Assembly (NCBI GenBank): GCA_964016885.1
Contig: OZ024740.1
Span: 333,064,001-333,128,000 of the forward strand
Length of the DNA: 64,000 bases
Direction of reading: 5' to 3'
DNA from: Eledone cirrhosa
Taxonomy: Eukaryota
The translations under genes were made by a program, and so were the position numbers. This document shows, in pieces, positions 35,292 to 50,125 of this stretch (positions are counted from its first letter, which is position 1; the number at the start of each line of letters is the position of its first letter). The notes under the pieces were generated by a model. It ran no database searches. It was given only the letters and a program-made list of their open reading frames with translations, and was not told where the DNA came from.

Positions 35292-38200
35292 TACTTCTCT
35301 TAGGTCAGTGTTGTTTGTCTGGGTGTTGTTGTTATTCCATTCATTCTTTCTGTTTAGGCTTGGCCTTCTAAGTTCTATTTCACTGGCCTCTCTGATTTGC
35401 CTATCTGCTGGGTCATTTCTATGTTTAGATATTATTCTAATTTCTATGTTGTCTATGTTACCGTCGTGTTGTTGTCTGGCATGTTCCTATAGTACTGACC
35501 CGTTTTTTTCGTCCTTTTAGTTCCCCCCAGTGTTGGTCTATCCTTTCCCCTATGCTACTAGCTGTCTCGCCTATGTATGTTGTTGTCATGTTTCTGCAAG
35601 TACCCTCTGTACATCTTATGCTATAGACTACGTTTCTAGTTTTACAGTTTATCCGGGGTTTACTTTACATATGATACATTTCCTATTAGTACAGTGGGTT
35701 TTCTTAAAAGGGTAGGTTTTGCTGATCAGGGATTTTATGGTGGTTGCTGGCTTTTCTACCACCTTAATCTTTAAGTGGGTCTTTCTCAGGGCCTTTCTAC
35801 ACTGGTTAGCTAATTTCCTTCCAGGGGTAGCGTCCACAAACATGACACTCTGGTATCTCTTGTTGTCGTACCATGAGGTGGCTTTCCCTATCTTATGTCT
35901 AGCCCTATCTAAGCTATTCCATGATTTGCTCTTGTATAATGGGCAAATTCCTTTCATGTCCAGTTCTATGAGGGTCTTATACTTCTCCATGGCTCCTTCG
36001 TATATTCTGACTCTGTCTCTTTGGTTGTAGCCAGAGAACTGCATGCGGTTGATGAAGTGTTGGATGTGTCTTTCCATTTCTGTTGGGTCGCACATGCGGG
36101 ACACATTCTTCATCACTCGTACCAAATCTGCGATCAGAATATTAAACTTAGCACTGCTGGACATTGCTGAGTTTTTGAGTATCAGGTATTTGGAGGCCAT
36201 GGGTTTAGCATAGTGTGAGTGTAGAATTTGGGCTCTCTCGACTATAGTGTTAATCCAGAGTTCCGTGTCTAATACAGGTAGTCTATTGTTAGGGTGTTTG
36301 GAAGGGAAGTCGATAGTTGCAGTTATACTCTGGTGTATGGAATTAGCTATCTGTTGGATGCTTTCCATTGTGCTACGTTCTAAATCAAACTTGTTAATGC
36401 TCTCAAGTGGGGATGTTCTCATAACTATATTGATATCGTCTACGTAACGAGAGTACATGATGAGGTCTATGGAGCTCTCATTAAGGAGATTTTTAAGTCT
36501 CCTTTCCCACCATACCATGAAAAGCTGGCAACATCACCAGCTATGCTGACGCCAATGGCTGCTCCCTCATTTTGGGTGAAGATCTTCTCGTTGAACTTGA
36601 ATATGTAGCCATTTAGGGTAGTTTTGATACTAGCCCCTATTGCATGTGCGACTATTTTTCTTACCTGATCAGTGTTTTGGGGGGTCCGTATAGCTTTGGT
36701 CCACCCAATCCACCTTCCCATGGAAGTCTTTTTTGACATTGAGGTTATGGTGGGGGGGGGGTCTACCTCTTATAGGTCTACTAGGGCAGAAACGTCTAAG
36801 GTCATGGCTGTCTAGGTAGTCAGTGTCGTAGGTAAGTCTAAGTAGGAAGCCCAGTTCGCCTGTGTCGACGTCGCAGAACTCCACCTCACTCTCAATGATC
36901 TTCTCCACACATTTTTCAACAGCAAAATCAATGTTAATGGATGGGTACAGTGATACCACATCCATGCTGCCTATTATGCAGTTGGATAGGTTCCTGTTTT
37001 TGTTGCACTCACTGATTCTGCTGAGGACATCTTGATTCTGGGGACATCTTGATTATGGGGCGTATAACCATTGAGAGGAAGTAGGAGATCCTGTAGTTGC
37101 TAGCTATATTAGCTCTGCATACGGGTCTTGTTGGTGGTCCTGTTGTCGGGTCTTCGACTGTCTTGTGGTGAGCACATACAAGGGTGGTATGCCATTGTTA
37201 GACGCCTGGAAGTTGTTGGCAGTGCGTCTGCTTGGCTTTAGGATGTCAGTCCACATCATCATGTGAGCGTTGAGGATTTTCTCTCTTCCATCATGTGTTT
37301 GCTGTGCAATTTCGCTCGTGTTGGTTATGTGGGGTTGCATAACCTTGATGTAGTTCGGCATGCTATCTATTGACATCCTACCAGACTTATCCGTGGGTAA
37401 ACATACTACCTCACCATGCCTTGTGCGCTGCTTGAGGCTAACCAAGCCTTCTACAGGTTTCCCCCCAAGTTGTTGGGCCTCTGGTCTGCTCTGTCTCTTA
37501 GTATACCGGTCTATTATTTGTCTAATCTTATTTCTAGCTATGGTGAACTGTGCCTCTGTTTCATCTATTTGTTGTGGTATGCAACTCTTTTATTAAAGGG
37601 TAACCTCTGTAGGATAGATATTACCCATCTTATATGTTTTGTCAGCTGGGTTGAAAAATAGTTTCTCTAAAGGGTTGTCATTATATCTATCGTCATAGTT
37701 GTGTGTGTTGCTATTACTGTTATCATGGTGGTTGTTGTTATTCCTATCATTAGCATTATTATTATTGTTATGATTGCTAGATGTATTGTTGTTTACTTCA
37801 CCGTTATTGTTGTTGTTACTGTTATTTCTACCATTGTGGTTGTTGCTTTTATTATGTTTCTTGTTTTTGTTGTGTCTATCATTAATGTTGCTACATGTAT
37901 TATTTCCATTATTACCACTGTGGTTATTGTTGTTGTTGTTCGTATTGTTACCGTTATTACTACTGTGGTCGCTGCTGCTGTGTCTGTGGTTAATGTTTCT
38001 ATTATTATTATTATTATTGTGGTTGTTGTTGTTGTTGTTCTGTCTATCGTTAGTATTATTACCATTATTACTATTTCTCACTCTCCTGCTATTGTTATTG
38101 TTATGGCTGTTATTTCTATACTCAGAGTTATTGTTTATATTACTACTACCGTTATTATTGTTGTTGTTGTTGTTTACTTTTGCATTCCAACGTATTTTTG

Positions 38201-38960
38201 TGAAACACCTTTCCAGCTCCGTTTTGCACTCAATAGGGTTAATCTTTTTGTAGATGGCAAATTTTGGTGGTAGCTACAGGATTTGTTGTTCTTGTTCAAT
38301 GATTAAAGTGTTCCCATAAATATTTATTGGTAAATTCTTCCAGTAGTATTACATCAGTCATACGGATATTGTTGATGTTATCTGGGTATTTTTGAGAATA
38401 TTCTATTTTCCTTTCTTGTAGTTTTTTTCTTATTCATCCATTCTAATTTCTTATTGAAATGCCTATTGCATTGGTTTCGGGCGTATTTCGTTTCACGTCG
38501 GATGACGCTCATGAAGTCATCCCTTTCGTTTGGTGTGGTGAGATTTTGGACTTCCTTACCGTTAATGCGTTTCTGTCTGTAAAGTTCGTTGACTTTTGTG
38601 TATGTTGTTCTTTTCATATTAACTGTTATTATGTGTTTTAGTCGTTCAGCTTGTGTTTTGTTCAATAATAAATTATTTACTTGTTTTGATATGTTTGTTG
38701 TGTATATTTTGGAGGAAACACAGTGTTTTAAGAAGCGGATTTGTTTTGTTGTTATTGTAGTTTTATCTGTATTATTTTGTTGTTATTGTAGTTTTTATCT
38801 GTATTATTTTTGACCGTCGGTCAGTCAATGGCAACATTGAGGACCGAATAAATTAGATTACCGATATAAAAGACACAGAAGCGAAAAGCGAAAACCAACC
38901 AAATAGTGAGTGTGTTCTGTTATTAATTCTGGCAATATTACACAAATATGACCCTCCCCA
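35170..38960 (-). mobile_element. Near full-length but frameshifted Penelope-like element (RT YVDD + C-terminal GIY-YIG)
   Basis: PTDKSGR (37104-37445), MDVVSLYPSI (36669-36965), QNEGAAIG (36467-36739), SRYVDDI and LPVLDTELW (35649-36518), then C..C..C linker and VYSI...YIGET. N-terminal ORF 38378-38665. 38820-38960 is an inverted pLTR piece matching 6325-6415. Confidence 0.9.
37680..38175 (-). repeat. Degenerate (AAC/AAT)n Asn-rich tract inside the PLE ORF
   Basis: ORF 37593-38081 is poly-Asn/His/Ser and continues in frame into NPLEKLFFNPADKTYKMG. Confidence 0.85.
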
Positions 38961-38982
38961 AGTATAACATATATACATATAT

Positions 38983-39033
38983 ATAAGCATACGTTCATCG
39001 GTTAGTATAGAATCCATACATACAGACACACTC
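38983..39033 (+). repeat. ~50 bp microsatellite-embedded module (also 41320-41370 +, 41514-41562 -, 42000-42046 -)
   Basis: ataagcatacgttcatcggttagtatagaatccatacatacagacacactc occurs four times, always next to TA/CA tracts. Confidence 0.75.
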
Positions 39034-39044
39034 ATATATATATA

Positions 39045-40150
39045 CGCTCCGTAGCCCAGCACATAGCCGGCATAAATACGAATAGGCTCACTGCCTCTAA
39101 TACCACGGAGCCACCCAACGGAACCAGCAGGCGACACGCACCAGACCCCGGACAGGCCCAACTAGCACAGCGGAACCCAACGACCCTGTGCTGATTGCAG
39201 CGGCTATCCAGCCAACCCCGAGTGATGGTAACCACGCGGTAAATGTGCACAGGCTTAAGAAGTCATGCAATTGAAGAGACCCATCACTATGCCCCCTTAG
39301 TAATGAATGCATGACGAAAAACGCAGTCTACAAGTGTAAGGTCACAGCCACTAAGTGGAGCACCACTCCATAGGATCCACAGCGACGAGCTTCAAAGATA
39401 GGTGGTATAACCATCGCCATTCCTTTAACAGAATAGAAAAGGGCAAATGTACTGCCCTTTCTGAATTGATCTGGAAGCTCAAACTTGAAAAGACCCCGCA
39501 CTCTCTGGTCTGGTCCGTCGTTAGAAAGATTCCCCCAGACAGAGGTGGGTCTGGTATTTGCAACCTCTGTCTTAGTGAAACACTCGAGATACTTCATGGC
39601 CGAACCAAGCTATTAAACAGAAGGGCCGACTTATTCGGCGCCTGCAAACACCTAAGGGCGGGAACTTTCCTGAAGCTATATGGATAAACCCCGGTTATGG
39701 CTTCCCACAACGCCATCCCCTCTCCTGTAGGTCCCCTAGACTCCGTAAGAATGACCAATGGGCAACAACACCTACCTATAGTTTAGTAGTTCCTACGTTG
39801 GATTGTCCACCGTATCCTCTACTAGTTAGGAGTCAGCAAAACGACGTTTATGGAACCTGAAGACCCCCCCCCAGGGAGTGGCCCACACAGGAAGAACAAT
39901 TATCCTAAGGTACTAACCCTATACGCATGAATGAGTGCCCGCAACCGTGCGTTGTGTGTGTAACCTGGGGTTACGTGAATGTACACACTCATGTGAACGC
40001 AACGAAATACTAAAACCCCAGGTTGCATTTGAAAAATGTTCGAGTGTATGCTTAAGAGTATATTTGTATATGCTCTCTTGTATGAGTGCAAATGTGTATA
40101 TAGACATACACACGCATGCAGAGGTATAAAAGTGTGTATAGGTGCGTGTA
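39045..40150 (+). mobile_element. Penelope-like 3' fragment (GIY-YIG endonuclease + UTR)
   Basis: CN*RDPSLCPLSNECMTKNAVYKC, then ORF 39355-39687 IGSTATSFKDRWYNHRHSF...TALSELIWKLK...CNLCLSE. Confidence 0.88.
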
Positions 40151-40719
40151 CCTATATATGTCAGTACTAAGGGATTCGCCTAAGCTCCAAAGCCCCCAAG
40201 TTTTGCTGTGAATATATATATCAGACTCTACTTTTGTTTAGTCTAAACAATAACTTTCCCAAACACCCACTTTACTTTTCTTTAAAAATAACACCCACCT
40301 CGTTTTATATCTGCTTTATACTTGGATTTGGGGTTCTCTGTTGTATATATATATGCACTTGTGCGTACATACATATATATAAACACCTATATGGATTTGT
40401 GTGTGTAGGTGTGTGTGTCTGTCGGGGTAGGTATGAGTGTATGTACATGTCAACCAACATAAGTAATTGTGTTTGCAAACTTTCTAAGTATTTGACTCTA
40501 ACCATCATTTTCAGTATTACCACCCCACAAAAATTCCTCAATTTGTATGCGTGGATGTGTGTGTGTGTGTCTGTGGGGGTGGTGTGAGTGTATGTGCAAG
40601 TCAACCAACATAAGTCTTTTTATATGTAAACTTTCTAGTATTCGACTCTAACCATAATTTTCAGTCGTACCACCCCACATAAATTCCTCAATTTAAGAAT
40701 GACCTGTAGTATCGAATTT

Positions 40720-41315
<596 letters not shown>

Positions 41316-41367
41316 ATATATAAGCATACGTTCATCGGTTAATATAGAACCCATACAGACACACGCA

Positions 41368-41411
<44 letters not shown>

Positions 41412-41471
41412 TTGCTAGATTTTAAAGCATGCAATGTGGAGTCGTACTCCGTGTCTACTGTCACCTCTTCT

Positions 41472-41516
<45 letters not shown>

Positions 41517-41571
41517 TGTGTGTCTATATGGGTTATATACCAATCGATGAACGTATGCTTATATATATAAT

Positions 41572-41996
<425 letters not shown>

Positions 41997-42146
41997 ATTG
42001 TGTATGTATGTATGGGTTCTATACCAATTGATGAATGTATGCTTATATATATGTATATAAGTATATACGTATATGTGTGTGTCTGTGTAAGTAGGCCTGT
42101 AGTTAAAAATCTATAACCTTTCTTTCTAAGATATTACGACATCAGA

Positions 42147-42190
<44 letters not shown>

Positions 42191-42299
42191 TTGTGTGTGT
42201 GTGCACGTGTGTGCGTGTGTGTGGGATAATATCCCCCCCCCCACACACACACACCTGCTACCAAGAAGGCGTCTGGGGTTCTCCTCTCTTAAGCGAGGT

Positions 42300-43850
42300 G
42301 CATCCTTGCGAGGTGGAGAGAGCACTTAGCTGAACTCCGAAATTCGACCACAACAGCTGTTCTGATATACACGAGGTACATCTGGGTGTTGTGACTAATC
42401 TTTCAGACGTTCAGAGTTCACAAGGGGAGATAATGAGCTCAAATGTGCCAAGGCCACTGGGAAGATGAAATCAGGCCCGAGATTTTAAAAGCCTTAGATA
42501 TAAAAGGTGCTCTCTGGGTGACTCATATGTGGCGAGAGGCCTGGTTTTCCAGAAAAGCACATAAGCAATGTTAATCGGGAGTGATAATCCCATTTTTCAA
42601 GGGCTAGACAAGAGAGATTGTTCCGATTATACACGGATATCCTCGTTAAGTCTCCCCGGTAAAATCCATGCTAAGTGTCTGACAAATTGTTACAGGAAGA
42701 TTGTCGCGACCAACCAAACTGATGAACACTTTGGTTTAGCGACCAAATATTCACACTGCGGAAGGACCTTGAAAGATCGAGGGATTATTGGCAAGATGTA
42801 TATTCTTGTTTTGCCAAACTTGAAATGGCATATGAACGCGTTACTCGGTACATGCTGTGGAAGATTCTGCAGGAATATGGGATCGATGGTCAGCTCCTTC
42901 CTGCCCTGATATATCTATATGAATGCCCAAACATTTGTGTTATGATAAATATTGCTAGATTTTAAAGCATGCAATGTGGAGCCGTACTCCGTGTCTACTG
43001 TCACCTCTTCTGTTCATTATTTACGCCGAGGTTAACTTTGCCTTTCATTCTTACGGGGTCGATAAACTAAAGTACCAGTAATGAACTGGGTAATTGTTGA
43101 CCTTGTGCCAAAAGTAGAAATTATTATTTACATGAGAAGGATTGTCATGCGTAGCCGGGCTGGATGTTGCATCTTGACTGGCGGGAGTAAAATCAACTGA
43201 AATTTGCAGACCACATGCTGTTACTTACCTCGACAGAAGATGAGCTCCAATTTTCACTCGATAGGTTTGATGCAGGGTGCTGCATGGCTGTAAGGAAAAT
43301 CAGTGATGCGTCGCCTGTGCAGTATACTCTACTCGGAAACGTAGTTCCACCGAAGCAAGAGGAGAGGTTCAAGTATCGGGCGTCGTGCTGGAGTGTGATC
43401 GGAGTCATGAGGTTGAATTCAGTACAAGAATTGCAGGAGCTGGTGTAGTAATGAGCCGAACTCAGTATTTGGTAATCAGTTAGTCATTCGTGCCGAGCCT
43501 TATCCCTGATCATAAACCTTGGATAATGCCTGAAAGAATCTGATCGCGAATAATAGCGGCCGAAATTGGGTTCCTCAGAATGGTATTTGGAGTAACGTTA
43601 CTCGATAGCGAGTGTAGCTCAGTGATCAGTGAGTCACTCTATGTAGAGCTGCTACTTTCAGGCAAGAATTGCTGGTTTGAATTTACGGTGAAAAACTACC
43701 GGCGGGAAACCCAAGGGTTGACACTGTGGAAGATGGTTGGGTAACATTAATGGGCTTGGCTGGTCTCGCTTTGGGAATCAGCCGAATTAATTGGTGAAGG
43801 TTGCTCCCGACGGTGACCACTGGAATCGAGCGGACGAAGAGACAGATAAT
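42300..43850 (+). mobile_element. Decayed RTE-clade LINE with a SINE inserted
   Basis: KATG EDEIRPEILKALD, PIF..DKRDCSDY, SLLSLPGKIHAK, SPLLFIIY, FADH, ERFKY and AAEIGFLRMVFGVTLLD (RTE hallmark). 42945-43015 is duplicated at 41405-41478. Confidence 0.82.
43025..43128 (+). mobile_element. SINE 3' half inserted in RTE
   Basis: gccgaggttaactttgcctttcattcttacggggtcgataaa...ccttgtgccaaaagtagaaattattatt; attattta/attatttac flanks suggest a target-site duplication. Confidence 0.85.
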
Positions 43851-44231
43851 AAAAAAGTGTTGCTTAATGTATCGACTTAAATTACTTCATACTAATTGGA
43901 ATGTTGACGAAATCCCTGTTATTCAGATCTCTTTGCCTCATTATCACAAACTGTGAAGAAAATGCATGTAGTTAGATACAACATATTTTGCAATAAGCAT
44001 TACTATATGATATAGATATGTTTGCGCTATGCATATTAAACGTTTACCAATAACCTAATGCAGCTAGTTGCAAGGGTTGCTTATAATTTTCTTTTGGATT
44101 AAGTTTCTATAAATTCTATGATAAGATGTAATTTTGTTTTCTTTAGTTATCTCCAATACGTATAAGACGACGAATATATTGTTTAGTGCAAGCCTTGTAC
44201 TGACTTGTGTTATTGTTTATAATAGAATAAA

Positions 44232-44425
44232 TAATTTTTTCTACTTTTCGCACAAGGCCAGCAATTATATAAGTGCATGACTGGTACTTTATTTTATCGA
44301 CCCCGTAAGGATGAAAGGCAAAGTTAACCTCGGCGGTATTTGAACTTAGATTATAAAGGGACGTAATTCTAATGCTGTGAAACATGACGTAAGACCCTCC
44401 ACCGATGCTGCTAATCCACCACCCT
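44232..44425 (-). mobile_element. Full-length tRNA-derived SINE
   Basis: Reverse complement ggtggattagcagcatcggtgg...aagttcaaataccgccgaggttaactttgcctttcatcc...ggccttgtgcgaaaagtagaaa. Confidence 0.88.
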
Positions 44426-45685
44426 AAAATAATGAAAGCCAGCAACTGCATATAGACACTTTTTAGAAATATATTTGAACGTTTTAAGATGAAAATATGC
44501 TATAAGTAAATAATTATTTGTTTACATTTGCATGATATTGACCCTAATAATATGCAAGTACATAACCCAACAAGTCTGACTTCGCCATTCCTCGAATTCG
44601 GGTCAATAAATTAAGTAGTGTATATCATTTAATAGGCTGAACACTATTCCATCATTTAGTATCATATGTCTTCGCTAGAATTGAATATTTTTAATAGTAA
44701 GCCTAATTGTTGATTTAATTTAATGCACCCATATTTTTATGTTTTTAACGCATACACAAATACGTTTCTTTTAATTTATTAAATCTGTTCAGCGTGAATG
44801 AAAGAATATTAATCATAATTATTTGCAAAACCTACAATAATAGAAATCTTTATGAATGTCCAATCTAATTTTCCTTTCCACGTGAACAATATTTCATTTA
44901 TGTTTAATTCATATATCAATTTAAATTACAACCTTTCGGAAATTCTAATAACTGTAATAAAACTTCCTTAGAAAATATCCTTAAAATGTCTGTTCTAAAA
45001 GTAACAATATTTTTGTGTGTATCTATCTGGATATATTCATATATATATATGTGTGTATGCCTGTGTGTCAGTTTGTTACACACGTATTTTTCATTTCTCA
45101 TAATTCCAAGTTTAAGGCGATAAATTACGTAATCACATATCTAATTATATCTTCATATTTTCTCAAGAAACTAAATAAACATTTTGAGGGTAAATATCTA
45201 ATTAAAATAAAATGTATCTAATTGTTTTGAAAATATGACATTTTATTATCATTCAGTTCTTTTTATCAAACAAGTAAATACAAAACACATTATGAGTTTT
45301 AATATACTTATTAACTGGAAGAGAATATATGAATTTGCAATAAGACAATTAACCATTTAAAAAAGTATAAACTAAAATGTTATTACTTTAAAGTAGATTG
45401 TTGAAACTCTTGGAATGTAGGTAATAGAGTTTAGCGTTATCTAGATTTTATGGAATGTTTAAGTAGCTATAGGTTAATTTGCATTTTGGTACATGTGACT
45501 TGCAAACTAATGTATCGACCTGTCGTATAAAAGTGAGGCTTATAATATATATATATATGTTTTAGTTAATTAGGAGTATTTGGCTGTGGAAATCTATGAG
45601 TATTATTTAGTAATTTCAGGAGTTTCTGAAGTTATAGCTATTTTGTTTATTTTGCTTGTACTCTTCTATGTCATGTGTGACCGTC

Positions 45686-45731
<46 letters not shown>

Positions 45732-45736
<5 letters not shown>

Positions 45737-45995
45737 GGTCACAGGTGAAATTGAACCGTTATCGTCTCATACATTGATATGTTAATATTTATAAAACAAA
45801 CTGTGTATTTTATCTGATGAGAGCGTACTAATGTTTTGGTACCCTTGAAATATGTATGATAGAATAAATACGGTTTTATAAATATATTTTCTATTTATTA
45901 ATATCATTGATATTATACTCCAGAAAATCTGTCGACTGCTTCGAATCTGTTATAAATACATTTGTTGAATTACCAACACATTAAATATCCCTTTG

Positions 45996-45998
<3 letters not shown>
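45732..45998 (+). mobile_element. Solo pLTR/SINE-like unit in (TA)n with hammerhead at 45799-45876
   Basis: tattttat-CTGATGA(45814)-gagcgtac...gtaccctt-GAAA(45847)-tatgta-TG-atagaata, with extended aaactgt/acggttt. G at the cleavage position suggests it is inactive. Confidence 0.7.
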
Positions 45999-46038
<40 letters not shown>

Positions 46039-48294
46039 TCGTGTATACCCTGTATTTTGAATTTATTTTCTAAAACATGGCCATGTGGGCTTTTGTTTTT
46101 TAAACTATCATATAATAGACGTCAAGCCAAACTATTCTACTTTTCACAGGACAAGGATGGAAGTCTTATGGAAATCAAATTAAACAACTTGTATTACCAA
46201 AACTAGCACACCTCCAAATTGCATATCTTCATAATAATAGCAATAGTAATAGCAATAATAATAGCAATAATAATAGTATCTGGTGATCAAGCCGGATCAT
46301 TTACAAACGGTTGCTTCCGACGTTATGCACTGGATTCGATTTTGAGGACTCTGGCCCAACGATCCACTCAGGAATAAGTGTGGGAATAAGAAGAACATGT
46401 AGAAGAATTAGTGAAGTGCCAAACAGCTCGACGTCAAAGTCTACTAAATATCGTGAAGAAAAGAAGTGGAAAATTGTAATATCATCAACACATTTTCTTT
46501 TCTAATCGAATATTATATTTGCTTTTGCTGAAGCTTTAACACCTATTAAATGTTGTCGCTTTTAATTTTTACTCTAGCGTCAACGCACTCCAGTATTTCA
46601 CTTTTATTTTCGAATTATAGTCTCCACAGCATATACTGGACACAGCTGGACTGATTCATACACCCATTCTCAAATGACTCAAACCAGAAAGCTAACTTAA
46701 AAAGGTTATCAGCAGTTTCACGACCCCTTAATTGATGAAATTGTTTTCGGCACCATCAAATGGTCAATGATTGATTGCGAGTGGCCAGAGAATCCTTGAG
46801 AATGTTGGATAATATATTGTTAAATGGACAAATCATATGATGTAGCACTGATTATAGATAAGCTCGCACATTCACACAGACCCGGTGATGGAAGACAAGA
46901 ATAATACGAAATTAAATTAAAGTAACACTATCAATATATTTAAAGTGGGAAATGACACGATATGATGCTACCATATGAAAAAGTATACTTCATTTGAAAA
47001 TATATTAAAAGAGAAACTTATTATACTTGTTTACCATAAAACTATTATCTCATATGTTGTCTCATTGTCAATTGTTTTTTTCTTTGTTTAACACCAAATA
47101 GTAAATCCCTCATAATTTATAATAGTCAGTTTTTATTTGCCCACCTTAGAAATATTTTCACTTGTGTAGTTATGGCGAACAGTAGCATATAGTTTAAAAC
47201 ATTTCTTTTCAGCAATTATAATAATTTCTGACACTTAATTCATATTATCTAGGAGATATAAGATTTTGATGAATTAAAGAATAAAAGAAATAATATCCAA
47301 GAGTCGTTTGTGCTCTTCTACTGGAAAATGACAAACAATATATTTATAAATTCATACGTAGTCCATGTGTTGAAAACATAGAATACATGTGTTAGGTACA
47401 TAGCCAAATAGTAGAATATAGCATAGTAAAACGTAGTATAATATATGCTCAAATAGTATACATGCATTATTTCAAGTTATGAATCATCCCATTGTGATTA
47501 TGCTCTGTGCCACAATCCTATCGATTTATACTCAACAATACTAAAGAATGTTCATTACCACATTTTATTCGACTTAATTTACACACTATGGTATATTTTC
47601 TTTTAAAAAATATACATTTTATCAACAACAAAGATATTGAACATAAGCATGTATTTATACTCAATATTCAAATGTGATTGGTTAATATGATATTCAAACG
47701 CACAAATACCGTTTACACTTCGTATATGACGATATTTTGCAGCTTAATTTAGAAAGAAATGTATTGAACATGGATGAATTCACTGGGTCATATTAAATGT
47801 CTAATTGAAGTAGTGTTTTTTAATGAATATAAAATTGCAATTTAATAGCTCCATTTCCCGATCAATACCTTTTGGAATGTCCATATTATTCCGATAGGTC
47901 CTCTGCAGGATAATTATGATATTGATTGCTACGCAGTACGGATGCGTGCACTGATGAAAGCACTGTATGAAACAGAAAGCTGAATAATTGAAGTTTGTAT
48001 AGTCATCGAAATAAATCATGTGAACTTTAGAGTAGACAGTAGTAATATAAAGGTACTGGAAGTCATAGGAAGGGTTAGATAGAAAATCAATTAAATGTTA
48101 AGATACGAAACAATACAGGGTCGAAACAATATCTATTTTATATATTCGTTAACAAAATAACACTAAATAATGGAGCTTATATATGGAACACATAATGAAA
48201 TATGTAATACAAATTAATTAGATATTTTATTTATGACTCGGATGCATATCTATTTATTCTGAACCGATGTAAATCTCTTGATATGCATTGATAA

Positions 48295-48545
<251 letters not shown>

Positions 48546-49971
48546 GCTATGCGTGAATGCGTATGTGTGTGTATATAAATGAATTCAATTATGTGCATGC
48601 GTATTGTGAGAGCAAGTGAAACATTTTTTGTTATAAAATAAAATATAAAATACTGTTTGTTCCCAAATATAATCTGATGTTTCTGGCCTTTTCAAAATCA
48701 TTAAATATTGCGTAAAAGTTCAACACTATTTTAAATAGAAGTTCAACACCAAAGGTTAGGAGTTGTATACCAATCAGGGACTTTGTTTTGAAATAAATCA
48801 AATGATATTATGCGAAATATAAACAAAGAGCAATTTAAATAATTACTGGATATATCGATGTAATCTTTCGTTATTTTACAATTCAATTTGTATACTGAAT
48901 GTCAAAAGGTTAGAACTAATGTGTAAACAATGTTATTGTTCGGAATATTTTAATCTTACTGATAAAACCTTTGACGAAAAATGAAATAATCCAAATCCTA
49001 GCACATTCTAAAATGTGTAAAGTTAAAACCTACATTATAAATTAATGTTAAGTGTGTCAATTAGACTGAAATTTCAGTCGATGAATCGGTTTTATTACGT
49101 TGATGCCACCAACATGTTCCTGTTTTGATACTGAAACTTAAAATTATTGGTTGGCGGGAATATTTTTGATAGAAAATTGGATGCCAGCAGTAAATATTTT
49201 TTCTGTTAATCTCTGCTCATTATATTCTATAATTTCATATTTATTATTTTCTGAAAATAGCAGTAAAATCTACCTCATATACTTTACTGACTGTAATATG
49301 AGGTAAATTCTTCGAAAAATGAAAATATGGTATGGACAAATGATTACTGTAATTGACTATTAATAGGAGTGGAATTAGGGGAAAATAGGAACAATAATAA
49401 CCCCTGTATTTGGATCCCTTTTGGTTATTGCTAAACTAACATGAGAGGCCGAACATATTAGATAATTTTTGGTATGTACTATTTTTAATATTAGAGTTCA
49501 ATTGTCATCCAATGCATGAATATTGCGTGCATATCAAATCAACAGTTAATAGACAGTAACTGTCGTAGCATGGTGTGCTTGTCTGTCTGATATCGATATC
49601 GATTGAACAGGTTACTTCTCATATTAAACCAAAAGCTATCAAATTACATGTTTAACAGGAAATATGCGATTGATCAAATAAAGCTCATTTTTATTATTAC
49701 TAAAACTTCTTTTGGGTCAAATAATTCACATTGGACATACTACTTACGTGTCATTTGCATTATTTATTAAATTCCATCGTTTTATATAACTGGCATTGTC
49801 GCAACAATTCAATACTACTAACATTCACGCAATAGATTTGTTTCTATTTGAAATGTCCAATCCTTGGGAAATTTGACTTTAATCTAATATATTAAGGTAT
49901 TCACGAGGGCAAAACTAGGGGCCCAACTTGACAAATTGTGGCCCTAACATGCCATCCATCATTAGTCAATT

Positions 49972-50125
49972 AATGCTTTGACGCATAGAGTTACGGCTCT
50001 TGCCATTCTGAGCCCAAATCCCGCCGAGGTTAACTTTGCCTTTCATCCTTACAGGGTCCATAAAATAAAGTACCAGTAATGCACTTGGTATTTGCTGGCA
50101 TTGTGCCAAAATTAGAAACAATTAT
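49972..50125 (+). mobile_element. tRNA-derived SINE, 5'-truncated
   Basis: gagcccaaatcccgccgaggttaactttgcctttcatcc...gtaccagtaatgcac...ttgtgccaaaattagaaacaatt; attagtcaatta on both flanks (target-site duplication). Confidence 0.88.

Noticed and set aside
37701-38273. Highly hydrophobic V/I/L ORFs resembling membrane proteins
   Set aside because: Antisense reading of the (AAC/AAT)n tract.
46047-46068. TACCCTGTA..GAATTT resembling miR-10
   Set aside because: Several mismatches to the mature sequence and no precursor hairpin.
46150-46505. Exon-like segment after ttttcacag; one frame gives a signal-peptide-like string if a TAG were edited or read through, another has a single TGA
   Set aside because: All frames contain stops, the hydrophobic part comes from an (AAT/AGC) repeat, and no homology is recognisable; recoding would be speculation.
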